Origin: Cyclobacteriaceae bacterium
GTDB lineage: Bacteria > Bacteroidota > Bacteroidia > Cytophagales > Cyclobacteriaceae
Direction: 5' to 3'
Length of the DNA: 64,000 nucleotides
Assembly: GCA_025455465.1 (NCBI GenBank)
Contig: JALOMI010000003.1
Location: forward strand, 1,730 to 65,729
Part shown: positions 10,314-19,600 of the stretch, piece after piece
Layout: each line of letters opens with the position of its first letter
How positions within the stretch are numbered: the stretch's first letter is position 1
Position numbers and translations under genes: made by a program
Notes under the pieces: generated by a model
What the model saw: the letters and a program-made list of their open reading frames with translations, nothing else
Told to the model about the DNA's origin: nothing
The model's database searches: none

Positions 10314-10436
10314 ATTGAGTAGTCAGACAAATGACAGGCAATTTGTTATTCTGATACCTGATCTTGATCACTAAACCGCCCCTGTAATTATTTGTTTAAC
10401 TGCGGCCATTGAAAAATGCAGTACAGGCTGTATCGC

Positions 10437-10444
10437 TATATTTG
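10437..10444 (+). promoter_or_regulatory. Candidate Bacteroidota -7 box (TATATTTG) for the M28 peptidase gene
   Basis: Exact TAnnTTTG match, 24 bp upstream of the ATG at 10468. Confidence 0.35.
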
Positions 10445-10467
10445 ACCATCATCAAACCAATCGGTAT

Positions 10468-11958
10468 ATGAAGCGAATTATCCTGACAGCCCAGGCGCTG
10501 TTAGTCGTGTTTTTTCTGTGCGCGCAGGATGCCTCCGTGATTCAATACGGAAAAATGGTTTCACCAGCAGAACTAAAGGATTACCTCACCATCCTTGCCT
10601 CGGATGCGCTGGAAGGCCGTGGAACCGGTACCCGTGGTCAGAAAATGGCGGCAGCATTCATTGCCCATCATTTCGAATCCCAGGGCCTGACCGGTCCGGT
10701 TAACGGAAGTTATTACCAGCCGATTACGTTGTATTCCGCGGGCAATCCGTCAAGTTCCCTGTCGGTGGCCGGAACACCCCTGAAGGAGGGAGAAGATTTC
10801 TTCTTCTTCGGCTCGATGGATACCGGTGGCCTGGTACAAAGCAGCTTGATTTATGCCGGCAAAGGCACGGAGACGGATCTGAGGGCTGTTGATGTGAAAG
10901 GTAAGGCGGCTGTTGTCCTGCTGGAAAGCAATGCCTCCTTGCGCAATAATGCACAGATCAGTAACGTACGCAATGCGGGCGCGACCATGGTGTTTGCGGT
11001 CATGGAAAAGGAGGAGGATTTCCGGACGACAGTTAATCAAATGAGGATGTTTGCCGGGGGAAGAATGTCACTGAACCGGCCTTCCGGCACATCCGGCACG
11101 GGTTTATTCCTGCTGACACCGGGTGCCGCTGCGCAGCTCTTCAAAACCTCACCGGAAAAATTGCTGAAGGCCGCTGCGGAAAAGAGCTTTTCCAAAATGA
11201 AGCCCGTTACAGCCGGATACACCGTAACATCCCAGGTACGGGAAATTAAAACAGAAAATGTTCTCGGCTTCCTGGAGGGAACCGATAAAAAGGATGAAGT
11301 GCTGGTGATCACAGCCCACTACGATCACATCGGCAGGCGCAGCAGCGGGGAAGGCGATCTCATTAACAACGGTGCCGATGACGATGGCTCCGGAACATCA
11401 GCCGTCATGGCTCTGGCCAAAGCGTTTGCCCAGGCGAAAAAGGATGGCAAAGGTCCGCGAAGAAGTATACTGTTTATGACGGTCACAGCCGAAGAAATCG
11501 GGTTACTTGGTTCCGAGTATTATGCCGATAGAAACCCGATCCTTCCGTTGCAGCAGACTGTTGTCAATTTGAATATTGATATGATCGGAAGGCGTGATCC
11601 GCAGCACAATGGCAGCGATCCGTATGTCTATGTCATCGGCTCCGATAAGCTGTCTTCTGAGCTGCACCGTCTCAGTGAATCGGTGAACAAGAAGTATACG
11701 AACCTGGTATTTGATTATACCTACAATGATCCGAACCATCCGGAGCGGCTGTATTACCGGTCGGATCACTGGAACTTTGCCAAGAAGAGCATTCCCATCA
11801 TCTTCTACTTTGACGGCATCCACGAAGACTACCACAAGCCCAGCGATGAAGTGGATAAAATTGAATTTGAGCTGATGGCCTTGCGCGCCCAGTGCATATT
11901 TTACACCGCCTGGGAAATCGCGAACCGCGATGCACGCATCACCCCCGATACCAACTAA
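10468..11958 (+). CDS. Secreted M28-family peptidase with an inserted PA (protease-associated) domain
   Basis: Signal peptide. M28 motifs are present: ITAHYDHIG, GADDDGSGTSAVMALA, TAEEIGLLGS and DYHKPSDE. Confidence 0.85.
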   Translation: MKRIILTAQALLVVFFLCAQDASVIQYGKMVSPAELKDYLTILASDALEGRGTGTRGQKMAAAFIAHHFESQGLTGPVNGSYYQPITLYSAGNPSSSLSVAGTPLKEGEDFFFFGSMDTGGLVQSSLIYAGKGTETDLRAVDVKGKAAVVLLESNASLRNNAQISNVRNAGATMVFAVMEKEEDFRTTVNQMRMFAGGRMSLNRPSGTSGTGLFLLTPGAAAQLFKTSPEKLLKAAAEKSFSKMKPVTAGYTVTSQVREIKTENVLGFLEGTDKKDEVLVITAHYDHIGRRSSGEGDLINNGADDDGSGTSAVMALAKAFAQAKKDGKGPRRSILFMTVTAEEIGLLGSEYYADRNPILPLQQTVVNLNIDMIGRRDPQHNGSDPYVYVIGSDKLSSELHRLSESVNKKYTNLVFDYTYNDPNHPERLYYRSDHWNFAKKSIPIIFYFDGIHEDYHKPSDEVDKIEFELMALRAQCIFYTAWEIANRDARITPDTN

Positions 11959-11973
11959 CAGTAATCAGTTGCA

Positions 11974-13563
11974 ATGCGATTAACTTTTCTTTCTGTATTT
12001 CTCGTCAGCCTGATGGCATATGGTGCACAGGCACAATCCTATGATATGATAATCCGTAACGGGCGCGTGGTGGATGGCACAGGCAACCCGTGGTATTATG
12101 CCGATGTTGGTGTGAAGGAAGGGAAGATCTTATTTATTGGCAACCTGAGCAGTGAAAAAGCATCTCGTGATATAGATGCCAAAGGGCTGATTGTGGCACC
12201 AGGCTTTATTGATGTGCATACGCACATCGAAGGCAATGAAGTACGACTACCAACGGCCGGTAATTTTATTCTGGATGGAGTAACTTCAGTGGTAACCGGA
12301 AACTGCGGCAGCTCAAACACCGATATCGCTGACTATTTCCGGAAGATTGACAGCGTTAAGGTTTCGCTGAACATCGCTACGCTGATCGGTCATAATTCTG
12401 TGCGCAGGGCGGTGATGGGGGAGAGTCAGCGCGAGCCGACAGCGGAGGAGCAACAACGTATGGAAGCGCTGGTTGAACAGGGTATGCGAGATGGTGCCGT
12501 GGGAATTTCCACGGGGCTGATCTATGTACCGGGCACCTATGCAAATACTGAAGAAGTTGTTGGACTGGCCCGTGCTTCGGCAAAACACGGTGGAGTATAT
12601 GCCTCGCATATCCGTAACGAGGGAGATCACGTTACGGAAGCGGTTGATGAAGCAATAGCCATTGGCGAGCAGGCAAAGATGCCGGTGCAGATATCGCATT
12701 TCAAGGTTACCTATAAACCGAACTGGGGAAGATCAGTACATACGTTACAGCAAGTGGAACAGGCTCGTCTACGGGGAATCGAGGTAACGATCGACCAGTA
12801 TCCATATGTAGCCAGCAGCACCACATTAAGTACCCAGGTTCCCAGCTGGGTTTTCTCTGGCGGATGGGATTCCCTGCAATGGCGGTTGAATGATGCGCGC
12901 ACACGCAGTCGTATCAAACAGGAAATGGCGGATGATCTGAAAAGGAAGAAACTGAAGGACTACAGTTATGCCATGATCGCCCGTTACGCACCCGACAGTT
13001 CATACAACGGCAAAACCATCAGTGAAGTGAACAAGCTTCGGGGCCGTAAAACAAAACCCCAGCAGGAAGCGGAGACCATTCTCGAACTGGTAGGCTCAAC
13101 TGAGCGCGTGCAGATGGTGTACTTCAGCATGGATGAAACTGACTTACGCAGAATTCTTCAATATCCGTTTAACATGTTCGCTTCCGATGCAGGCATCAAC
13201 CGCTACGGTACCGGCATGCCGCATCCAAGGGCTTATGGAACCAATGCGCGTGTACTGGGAAATTATGTGCGTGAACAGAAAATCATCCGATTGGAAGAAG
13301 CGGTGCGCAGGATGACCTCCTTACCCGCTACGAAATTCAACTTGCGCGACCGCGGCCTGTTGCGCGAAGGGATGGCTGCGGATATCGTTGTCTTCGATGA
13401 GCACACTGTAGGCGACCGGGCAACGTTTGAAAAACCCCATGCCTATTCACAGGGATTTGCTTATGTGATCGTCAATGGTGCTGTAACTGCAGAACGAGGT
13501 GTTCACACCGGTGTTCGCAACGGAATTGTGTTACGGCCGCAGCAACGTCAGGTCACCGAATGA
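11974..13563 (+). CDS. N-acyl-D-amino-acid deacylase (D-aminoacylase) family amidohydrolase
   Basis: Signal peptide. It has GFIDVHTH metal ligands, the amidohydrolase-fold layout, and a C-terminal ADIVVFD...GVHTG segment typical of D-aminoacylases. Confidence 0.85.
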   Translation: MRLTFLSVFLVSLMAYGAQAQSYDMIIRNGRVVDGTGNPWYYADVGVKEGKILFIGNLSSEKASRDIDAKGLIVAPGFIDVHTHIEGNEVRLPTAGNFILDGVTSVVTGNCGSSNTDIADYFRKIDSVKVSLNIATLIGHNSVRRAVMGESQREPTAEEQQRMEALVEQGMRDGAVGISTGLIYVPGTYANTEEVVGLARASAKHGGVYASHIRNEGDHVTEAVDEAIAIGEQAKMPVQISHFKVTYKPNWGRSVHTLQQVEQARLRGIEVTIDQYPYVASSTTLSTQVPSWVFSGGWDSLQWRLNDARTRSRIKQEMADDLKRKKLKDYSYAMIARYAPDSSYNGKTISEVNKLRGRKTKPQQEAETILELVGSTERVQMVYFSMDETDLRRILQYPFNMFASDAGINRYGTGMPHPRAYGTNARVLGNYVREQKIIRLEEAVRRMTSLPATKFNLRDRGLLREGMAADIVVFDEHTVGDRATFEKPHAYSQGFAYVIVNGAVTAERGVHTGVRNGIVLRPQQRQVTE

Positions 13564-13607
13564 AACCTGTTCGCAACGAAATGCGTCTTAAAGCAAACTT
13601 GATCCGC

Positions 13608-15263
13608 ATGAAAATATTCCGCCTGCTCCTGCTGCTGATTGGCTTTACGCTTTCAGCACAGGCTCAACCGTCAACACTCACTTCCGATCTTGATAAAATT
13701 CTGGCGGAACGCTTTCCGTCTGCCATTGAACCCGGGGCTGCGGTACTGGTAATGCACAAGGGCAAGCCCGTTCTTCGGAAGGGATATGGTGCTGCGAACC
13801 TCGAAACAAAGGCACCCATTCAACCCGACATGGTGTTTCGCATAGGCTCCATCACCAAACAGTTTACATCCACGGCTATACTGAAGTTGGTACAGGAAGG
13901 GAAAATCAACCTAAAAGATCCGATCACGAATTACCTGCCAGATTTCAAGACACCGCTTCCGGTTACCGTAGAGCAGCTGCTTAATCACACCTCCGGCATC
14001 AAGAGCTACACGAGCATACCGGAGAAAATGAACACCGAATCAAAGAAGGAAAATGTAGCCGTTGCTGATATGGTTTCGTTCATCCAGAAACAGCAAACCG
14101 ATTTTGCCCCCGGTGAGCAATGGCTGTACAACAACTCCGGTTATTACCTGCTTGGCGCCATCATCGAGAAGGTCAGCGGCAAGACATATAAGCAGTATAT
14201 CACTGATAATTTTTTCAAACCGCTGGGGATGAAGTCTTCTTTTGTGGATGATGCACAGCCCATCAGTAAAATAGCCACCGGTTATACCCGTATCGCAGCG
14301 AACGAATTTGCCGTAGCGGATTATGTACATCCAACCATACCCTATGCAGCCGGCTCAATCTTCTCAACGGTTGATGATCTGTACAAATGGAACCAGGCTG
14401 TATTCAGTTTCAAGCTGGTGAACAAGGCGTTGATGGAAGTTGCGTGGACTCCCACGAAATTGAATTCAGGAGCACTGGAAAGTTACGGTTACGGCTGGCA
14501 GTTGGGGCGTATCGGTGAGCAGAAGGCCATCGGGCATGGCGGAGGCATTGACGGATTTGTGACGTTTGAAGTTTTTGTTCCTGCACAGCAGATCTACGTG
14601 TGTATTCTGGTGAATACGGTGGGTGTTAACACCGAAGAAATTGCCTATACCCTGGCCGAGCGTGTGGCTGGTGTATCCGGTCAAAAACCGGCTGCGATGG
14701 TCATGGATGAAAAAGCCTTGCGGGAATACATAGGTGTTTATCAGGTGAATCCGCGTGAGGAGCGTGTCATCCGGCTGAAGGATGGGAAATTGTACTCTCA
14801 GCGCACCGGTGGGAATATGCAGGCTATTTTTCCGGTAACCACCGATCAGTTCATGTTTGAAGAAAGTTCCTCGCGAATCAATTTTAGGCGTGATGCCGAA
14901 GGTCGTGTGAGCAGCATGGAAGTTATCAACCGGAGCTGGGTAAATGCGGAAGCGAAGAAAACGAACAAAGCCATTCCGCAGGAGCGAACAGAGATCAAGC
15001 TGGATGCGGCCATCTTCGACCGGTACGTGGGTGAGTATGAACTGGCGCCAGGGTTCATCCTTAAAATCTGGCGCGAAGGCGAACGGTTTATGACACAGGC
15101 TACTGGTCAGGCTCCCTTGCCGATTTTTCCGGAAAGTGAAACCCAGTTTTTTTTAAAAGTGGTTGATGCACAGGTCCGGTTCAATTCCGATGAAACAGGA
15201 AATGTGAACAGCCTGACCTTGTTTCAGGGCGGGCGTGAAATGCCGGCCAAAAAGGTTAAGTGA
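13608..15263 (+). CDS. Beta-lactamase-fold serine hydrolase (class C / D-stereospecific peptidase-like) with C-terminal duplicated beta domains
   Basis: I start it at the ATG at 13608 because of the signal peptide MKIFRLLLLLIGFTLSAQA. Active-site motifs are present: SITK (SxxK), YNNSGY (YxN) and GHGGG. The tail carries two similar ~90-aa modules (YIGVYQ... and YVGEYEL...). Confidence 0.85.
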   Translation: MKIFRLLLLLIGFTLSAQAQPSTLTSDLDKILAERFPSAIEPGAAVLVMHKGKPVLRKGYGAANLETKAPIQPDMVFRIGSITKQFTSTAILKLVQEGKINLKDPITNYLPDFKTPLPVTVEQLLNHTSGIKSYTSIPEKMNTESKKENVAVADMVSFIQKQQTDFAPGEQWLYNNSGYYLLGAIIEKVSGKTYKQYITDNFFKPLGMKSSFVDDAQPISKIATGYTRIAANEFAVADYVHPTIPYAAGSIFSTVDDLYKWNQAVFSFKLVNKALMEVAWTPTKLNSGALESYGYGWQLGRIGEQKAIGHGGGIDGFVTFEVFVPAQQIYVCILVNTVGVNTEEIAYTLAERVAGVSGQKPAAMVMDEKALREYIGVYQVNPREERVIRLKDGKLYSQRTGGNMQAIFPVTTDQFMFEESSSRINFRRDAEGRVSSMEVINRSWVNAEAKKTNKAIPQERTEIKLDAAIFDRYVGEYELAPGFILKIWREGERFMTQATGQAPLPIFPESETQFFLKVVDAQVRFNSDETGNVNSLTLFQGGREMPAKKVK

Positions 15264-15273
15264 TCGTTGTCGT

Positions 15274-16161
15274 TTAATCGAATGGCACATTCACGTGCCG
15301 TTCGGCATGGTAGGAGGAACGCACCAGCGGACCTGCTTCCACATATTTTAATCCGCGCGTAAGACCTTCTTCGCGATACATGTCGAAGGTTTCCGGATGG
15401 ATGTATTCAGCTACTTCAAGGTGCATTTTGGTGGGCTGCAGATACTGGCCGAGGGTGAGAATCATCAGTCCGTTTTCTACCAGGTCATCCATTGCTTTGA
15501 AAACCTCCTCTTTTGTTTCGCCCAGGCCGAGCATAATGCCTGACTTAGTTCGTTTGCCGGCTTCGCGTGTGCGTTTGATCTGTTCCAGGCTGCGCTCATA
15601 CCTGGCCTGCGGGCGCACCATGCGATACAACCTGCCTACTGTTTCCATGTTGTGGCTCACCACTTCCTGTCCGCCTTCAATCATGCGGTAAAGGGCATCC
15701 CAGTTTCCTTTGGTATCGGGAATCAGTGTTTCAATGGTGGTTTGAGGATTCAGTTGTTTGGTCATCACCACCGTCTGATACCAGATTTCAGCACCGCGGT
15801 CTTTCAGTTCATCACGGTTCACGGAGGTGATTACGGCATGCTTTACACCCATCAGCTGAATGGCTTCCGCCACTCGCCTGGGTTCATCGGTGTCGTACTC
15901 GTTTGGTCTTCCGGTAGCTACAGCACAGAACGTACAACTTCTTGTGCAGACATTGCCGAGAATCATGAACGTGGCTGTGCCGGCACCCCAGCATTCGCCC
16001 ATGTTGGGGCAATTGCCGCTTTCACAAATGGTGTGTAGTTTATGATCGTCCACCAGCCTGCGCACTTTGGCATATTCAGGACCGACAGGCAGCTTCACGC
16101 GAAGCCAGTTGGGCTTGCGCAGACGAACCTGTTCCGGGGAAACGGTGGGTAATTCGATCAT
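15274..16161 (-). CDS. lipA: Lipoyl synthase
   Basis: Both Cys clusters are present: [12 protein letters not shown] and [10 protein letters not shown]. The 295-aa length is typical. Confidence 0.95.
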   Translation of the reverse strand: MIELPTVSPEQVRLRKPNWLRVKLPVGPEYAKVRRLVDDHKLHTICESGNCPNMGECWGAGTATFMILGNVCTRSCTFCAVATGRPNEYDTDEPRRVAEAIQLMGVKHAVITSVNRDELKDRGAEIWYQTVVMTKQLNPQTTIETLIPDTKGNWDALYRMIEGGQEVVSHNMETVGRLYRMVRPQARYERSLEQIKRTREAGKRTKSGIMLGLGETKEEVFKAMDDLVENGLMILTLGQYLQPTKMHLEVAEYIHPETFDMYREEGLTRGLKYVEAGPLVRSSYHAERHVNVPFD

Positions 16162-16188
16162 AACGTTGATTCTGTTTCTTTAAACAGC

Positions 16189-16569
16189 TTACTGTCCGAT
16201 AAGTTCCTTGTACTGATCAGCCGAAAGCAGGGCATCGACTTCAGCCGTGCTGGATATTTCTACCTTCACCATCCAGCCGGCACCGTACGGATCGCTGTTG
16301 ACCGTTTCCGGGCTGCCGTCTAACGCGGCATTGACTTCCAGTACTTTACCGCTTACCGGCATAAACAGATCCGATACGGTCTTAACGGCTTCTACCGTAC
16401 CGAATGTATCGTGCTGACTCAGGTCCTGGCCCACGGTGGAGATGTCCACATAAACGATATCACCCAATTCGCCCTGGGCAAAATCGGTGATGCCGATGGT
16501 GGCAGTAGTGCCTTCAAGGCGTATCCATTCGTGGTCTTTGGTGTACTTCAGGTCAGCAGGAATGTTCAT
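16189..16569 (-). CDS. gcvH: Glycine cleavage system H protein
   Basis: From the ATG at 16569 the product ([20 protein letters not shown]...) is 126 aa. It has the lipoyl-Lys motif VEAVKTVSD. The 36-codon upstream extension in the ORF track is not GcvH-like. Confidence 0.95.
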   Translation of the reverse strand: MNIPADLKYTKDHEWIRLEGTTATIGITDFAQGELGDIVYVDISTVGQDLSQHDTFGTVEAVKTVSDLFMPVSGKVLEVNAALDGSPETVNSDPYGAGWMVKVEISSTAEVDALLSADQYKELIGQ

Positions 16570-16590
16570 AGCAGTGGATTTAAATGTGCC

Positions 16591-16598
16591 CAAAAATA
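16591..16598 (-). promoter_or_regulatory. Candidate promoter -7 box (TATTTTTG) for gcvH-lipA
   Basis: TAnnTTTG on the minus strand, 22 bp upstream of the gcvH ATG. A TTG lies 19 nt further upstream, consistent with the -33/-7 architecture. Confidence 0.45.
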
Positions 16599-16691
16599 GA
16601 GAAGATATGCCAAGTTTCAAGAAGACTGTTTTGAATAATACCGCTTCATAACGGGCAGGGCTTTCCCGTAAGATCACAGAGGATTCCGGCT

Positions 16692-19600
16692 TTATTGCGC
16701 CAGGCTGAAGCGCACCTGGAATCCGAAACGGGTAGTTGCCCTGCGGAATGAATTCGACACTTTCGGGTCATTGATGGTGCGTTCAAAATAAGCCTGCACA
16801 TTCAGCTTCTGGTTCACCACATAGCTGATGTTGGGCCGAAGCTGGAAGTTGATGTTGCCGTTGGTCAGCACATTCAGTTCTTCAATTTTCCGCTGGATAG
16901 TCGACTGGTCACTTACCGTCAAATTCAAACGGAACGTGACATCGTTTTTCAGGACGATAGTTCTTCCTTCCGATTTAATCGGCAGTTTTATGTTGTTCTT
17001 GGTATAGCCCATTTCCATGGACACATCTTTGCTGTTCACTTCTGTAATCTGTGCATTGGATACATTCAGCGCTAGTTCCCGTTTGGTTTTGTATTCTGCG
17101 CGTGCGGTAAGCCGGCTCTTGGTGCGCAGGTTAACGCCAATGAGCGGGGCAAACTGTTCAGTAATAAGAACCTGACTCAAGACAAAAATGGGCACAGGCC
17201 TTCCGTCATCGTTCACCACCGAGGAAAATATGCCGTTGTTATACAAGTTGAGGGGCACATTCATGCCAAGATCATCGGTTGAAGAGTATTGCAGTGAGTT
17301 GGAAAAGTTCAGCACAGAATAGGTGGCATTATAGCCGTGTGAAATGGTAATTGACTGAAATACCTTTTTGAATGATTCGATTTTGGTCAGGCCATTATAA
17401 TCGAGACGCCAGCCCGGCAGCGGAGTTTTTGGGAATGGACTCAGACTGGTTTTTTCAACACCCTTGCCGGTATAGGTGGCTATGAATGCAGGGATCAGCA
17501 CATCCTGTCCGATAGAGTCGTATTCAAAGCCCGGGTTAACACGGGCAAATCGTTGCTGCACCGGCAGCAGGTTTCTCTCAAATTCATTAAATAAGGAAGA
17601 CGTTAGATTATTGTTATCCGGACGGAATGTGGTTCCGATGGCAATGGTTGAAATACGGTAACTTCCGTACCGGTTTGGATTGAGCGAGACGTAACCGTTG
17701 GCCACATCATCAAAACGGAAAATTTCCTGGTATCCATCGGTAATGTCTTTTTTGATATCGAGTTGAATCTTCAGATCGTTGGCGGGTTCAACATTGGCCC
17801 GGGCCGAAAGCGACCGTGTGGCCGTTTGAGTGAAGGGTGTTGTTAACGCTGTTGTCTTCACCAGCCAGTTATTTTCTGCGGCTTTGAACCGGATGTTCGG
17901 ATCCTGGCTACCGAAAATGAAATCCCATCCCGGTGCATTGAATCTCTTATCCATGCCGAACAGATTGGGTGTCTGTGTAAATCCGGGTAACAAGGTTCCT
18001 TCTGTGAGTGTGTATGTTCCGTTAATCGAGCGGACCGACATCAACAGTCGGAATAAGGATTTCAGCGGGCCCGGAATATCGCGGACAGTATCTGCAGGTG
18101 CCTGATTGGATTGAGGTCGTCCCGGTACAGTTGGCCGCGGTGGCGCATTGATCTTATTAAGGAAGCCAACCTTATTATATAGTTTAACCATATCCAGCCT
18201 TCCGGAAATATTCTGATCGCGATTGTTCTGAATGGTATGCTTGAAATCGAGGCTATCGGGCAGATCCAGCGGATCAGGATTTAACGGATCATCAGGGCGG
18301 TTAAATGGGCCTGTACGCCAGCCGTAATTAGCCTGGTAACGGTACTCGGCATTGATCCAGTTGGTGACCGGAAATTTATCCAGCGGAATGATGTAGTTGG
18401 CCGTTACGCTCTGGTCGAAATTTCTCATCCGTCCGAAGCGCTTGAGGTTGGCCATCACACTGTCTCGTTTCTCCCGCGTATTAATTGAACCTTCCGGTTC
18501 ATCAATGAGGGCGTTCGCTCGGGCCGCATAGGTAAACGACAGGTTTTTGGAGAGGTTCCACTGAACATTATACGTTCGGTTGAAAGTAAAATACTTCAGG
18601 TAGTTGGGTTCGGAATCGGATAGATTGTTCCGGTAAATGATCCTTGAAAATGACCGGTCAAGGTCGCCACGCACCATGATGGAGGTTGGCAGCAGGCTCA
18701 GGTTAAAGTCTTTGATGAATTGCAGGTAGGGAGCTTTCAATCCCTCCGAATTTTTAAAGGGTTCGATACCTGCCCCTTTGGGCGAGAAGTTATAGGCCAG
18801 TGAGGCACCCTGGTCTCTGCGAAAAGCTTCGGTGGTGGTGAAGTTCTGGCGCACGTTGTCGCTGAAGCGATAACTCAGCGCAATGTTTTCAATATCCCAG
18901 AGATGAGCGCGTGCATCCGGTTTTACTTTGGTTTTTCGCACATTGGTGAAGTTCAGGCTGCGGCCCACTTCTGTGTCGCGAATAAGTTTTATGTAAGCAT
19001 CTTTTTCTTCCTGCGTTCGGAAGCTGGCAAGGGCAGCATCAAGTCGTTGATCCGGGTTGGCCGGGTCATAATTCGGATTCATGGTGCGCTTCTGATAGCT
19101 GACCAGCATGGGGATCTTAATACCGTGATTGCCGGGTAAAAATTTATCCACGTTGAAGTTGCCAAGAATATCGTAGGATAAAGTCTCTTCCCGGGTACGC
19201 TCGCTGATTTTCGAACTCACACTGCCGTAGCCGAATGTGCTGTAGCGAAGTGAGCCGGATACCGTACCCAAGTCGGCTAACTTTGCATTAAGGGTGGTGT
19301 TTAAAGCGTAGCCGGCTGTGCGGTCGAAATCAGTGAGCCGTAGCTCGTTGGCCCAAATGCAAACAGAATAGGACTGCCCATCCGGACTGCGCGGATTTCT
19401 GACGCCAATCATCATCAGGCGCACACTGCTCAGGTCAGGTCTGCCCAGTAAACGCACACCGTGTTTACCGGATGGTTGCGGACCTTCCCGCGGGTACAGT
19501 TGATCCAGCGGGTATTGTTCGCGGTCGCGCCTAGCCTTCAAACCATACAGGTCTCTTAAAACAAAGTCAAATTCATTGTCCTTCGGCCAGATCACATTTG

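Noticed and set aside
10263-10467. Possible glycine riboswitch or other leader RNA in the largest intergenic region (gcvP / M28 divergent).
   Set aside because: - I found no glycine-riboswitch-like conserved cores on either strand.
- The region is adequately explained by two divergent promoters with TAnnTTTG boxes.
16570-16677. N-terminal extensions proposed by the ORF track for gcvH, and likewise for tatA (31029-31139), DUF4292 (33057-33281), the OMP (48772-48927), the WG-repeat gene (55298-55378), iorA (62268-62303), floA (52100-52135) and the beta-lactamase-fold gene (13560-13607).
   Set aside because: - In each case an internal ATG yields a canonical N-terminus or signal peptide.
- The extension either overlaps the upstream gene or promoter, or has no family-like sequence.
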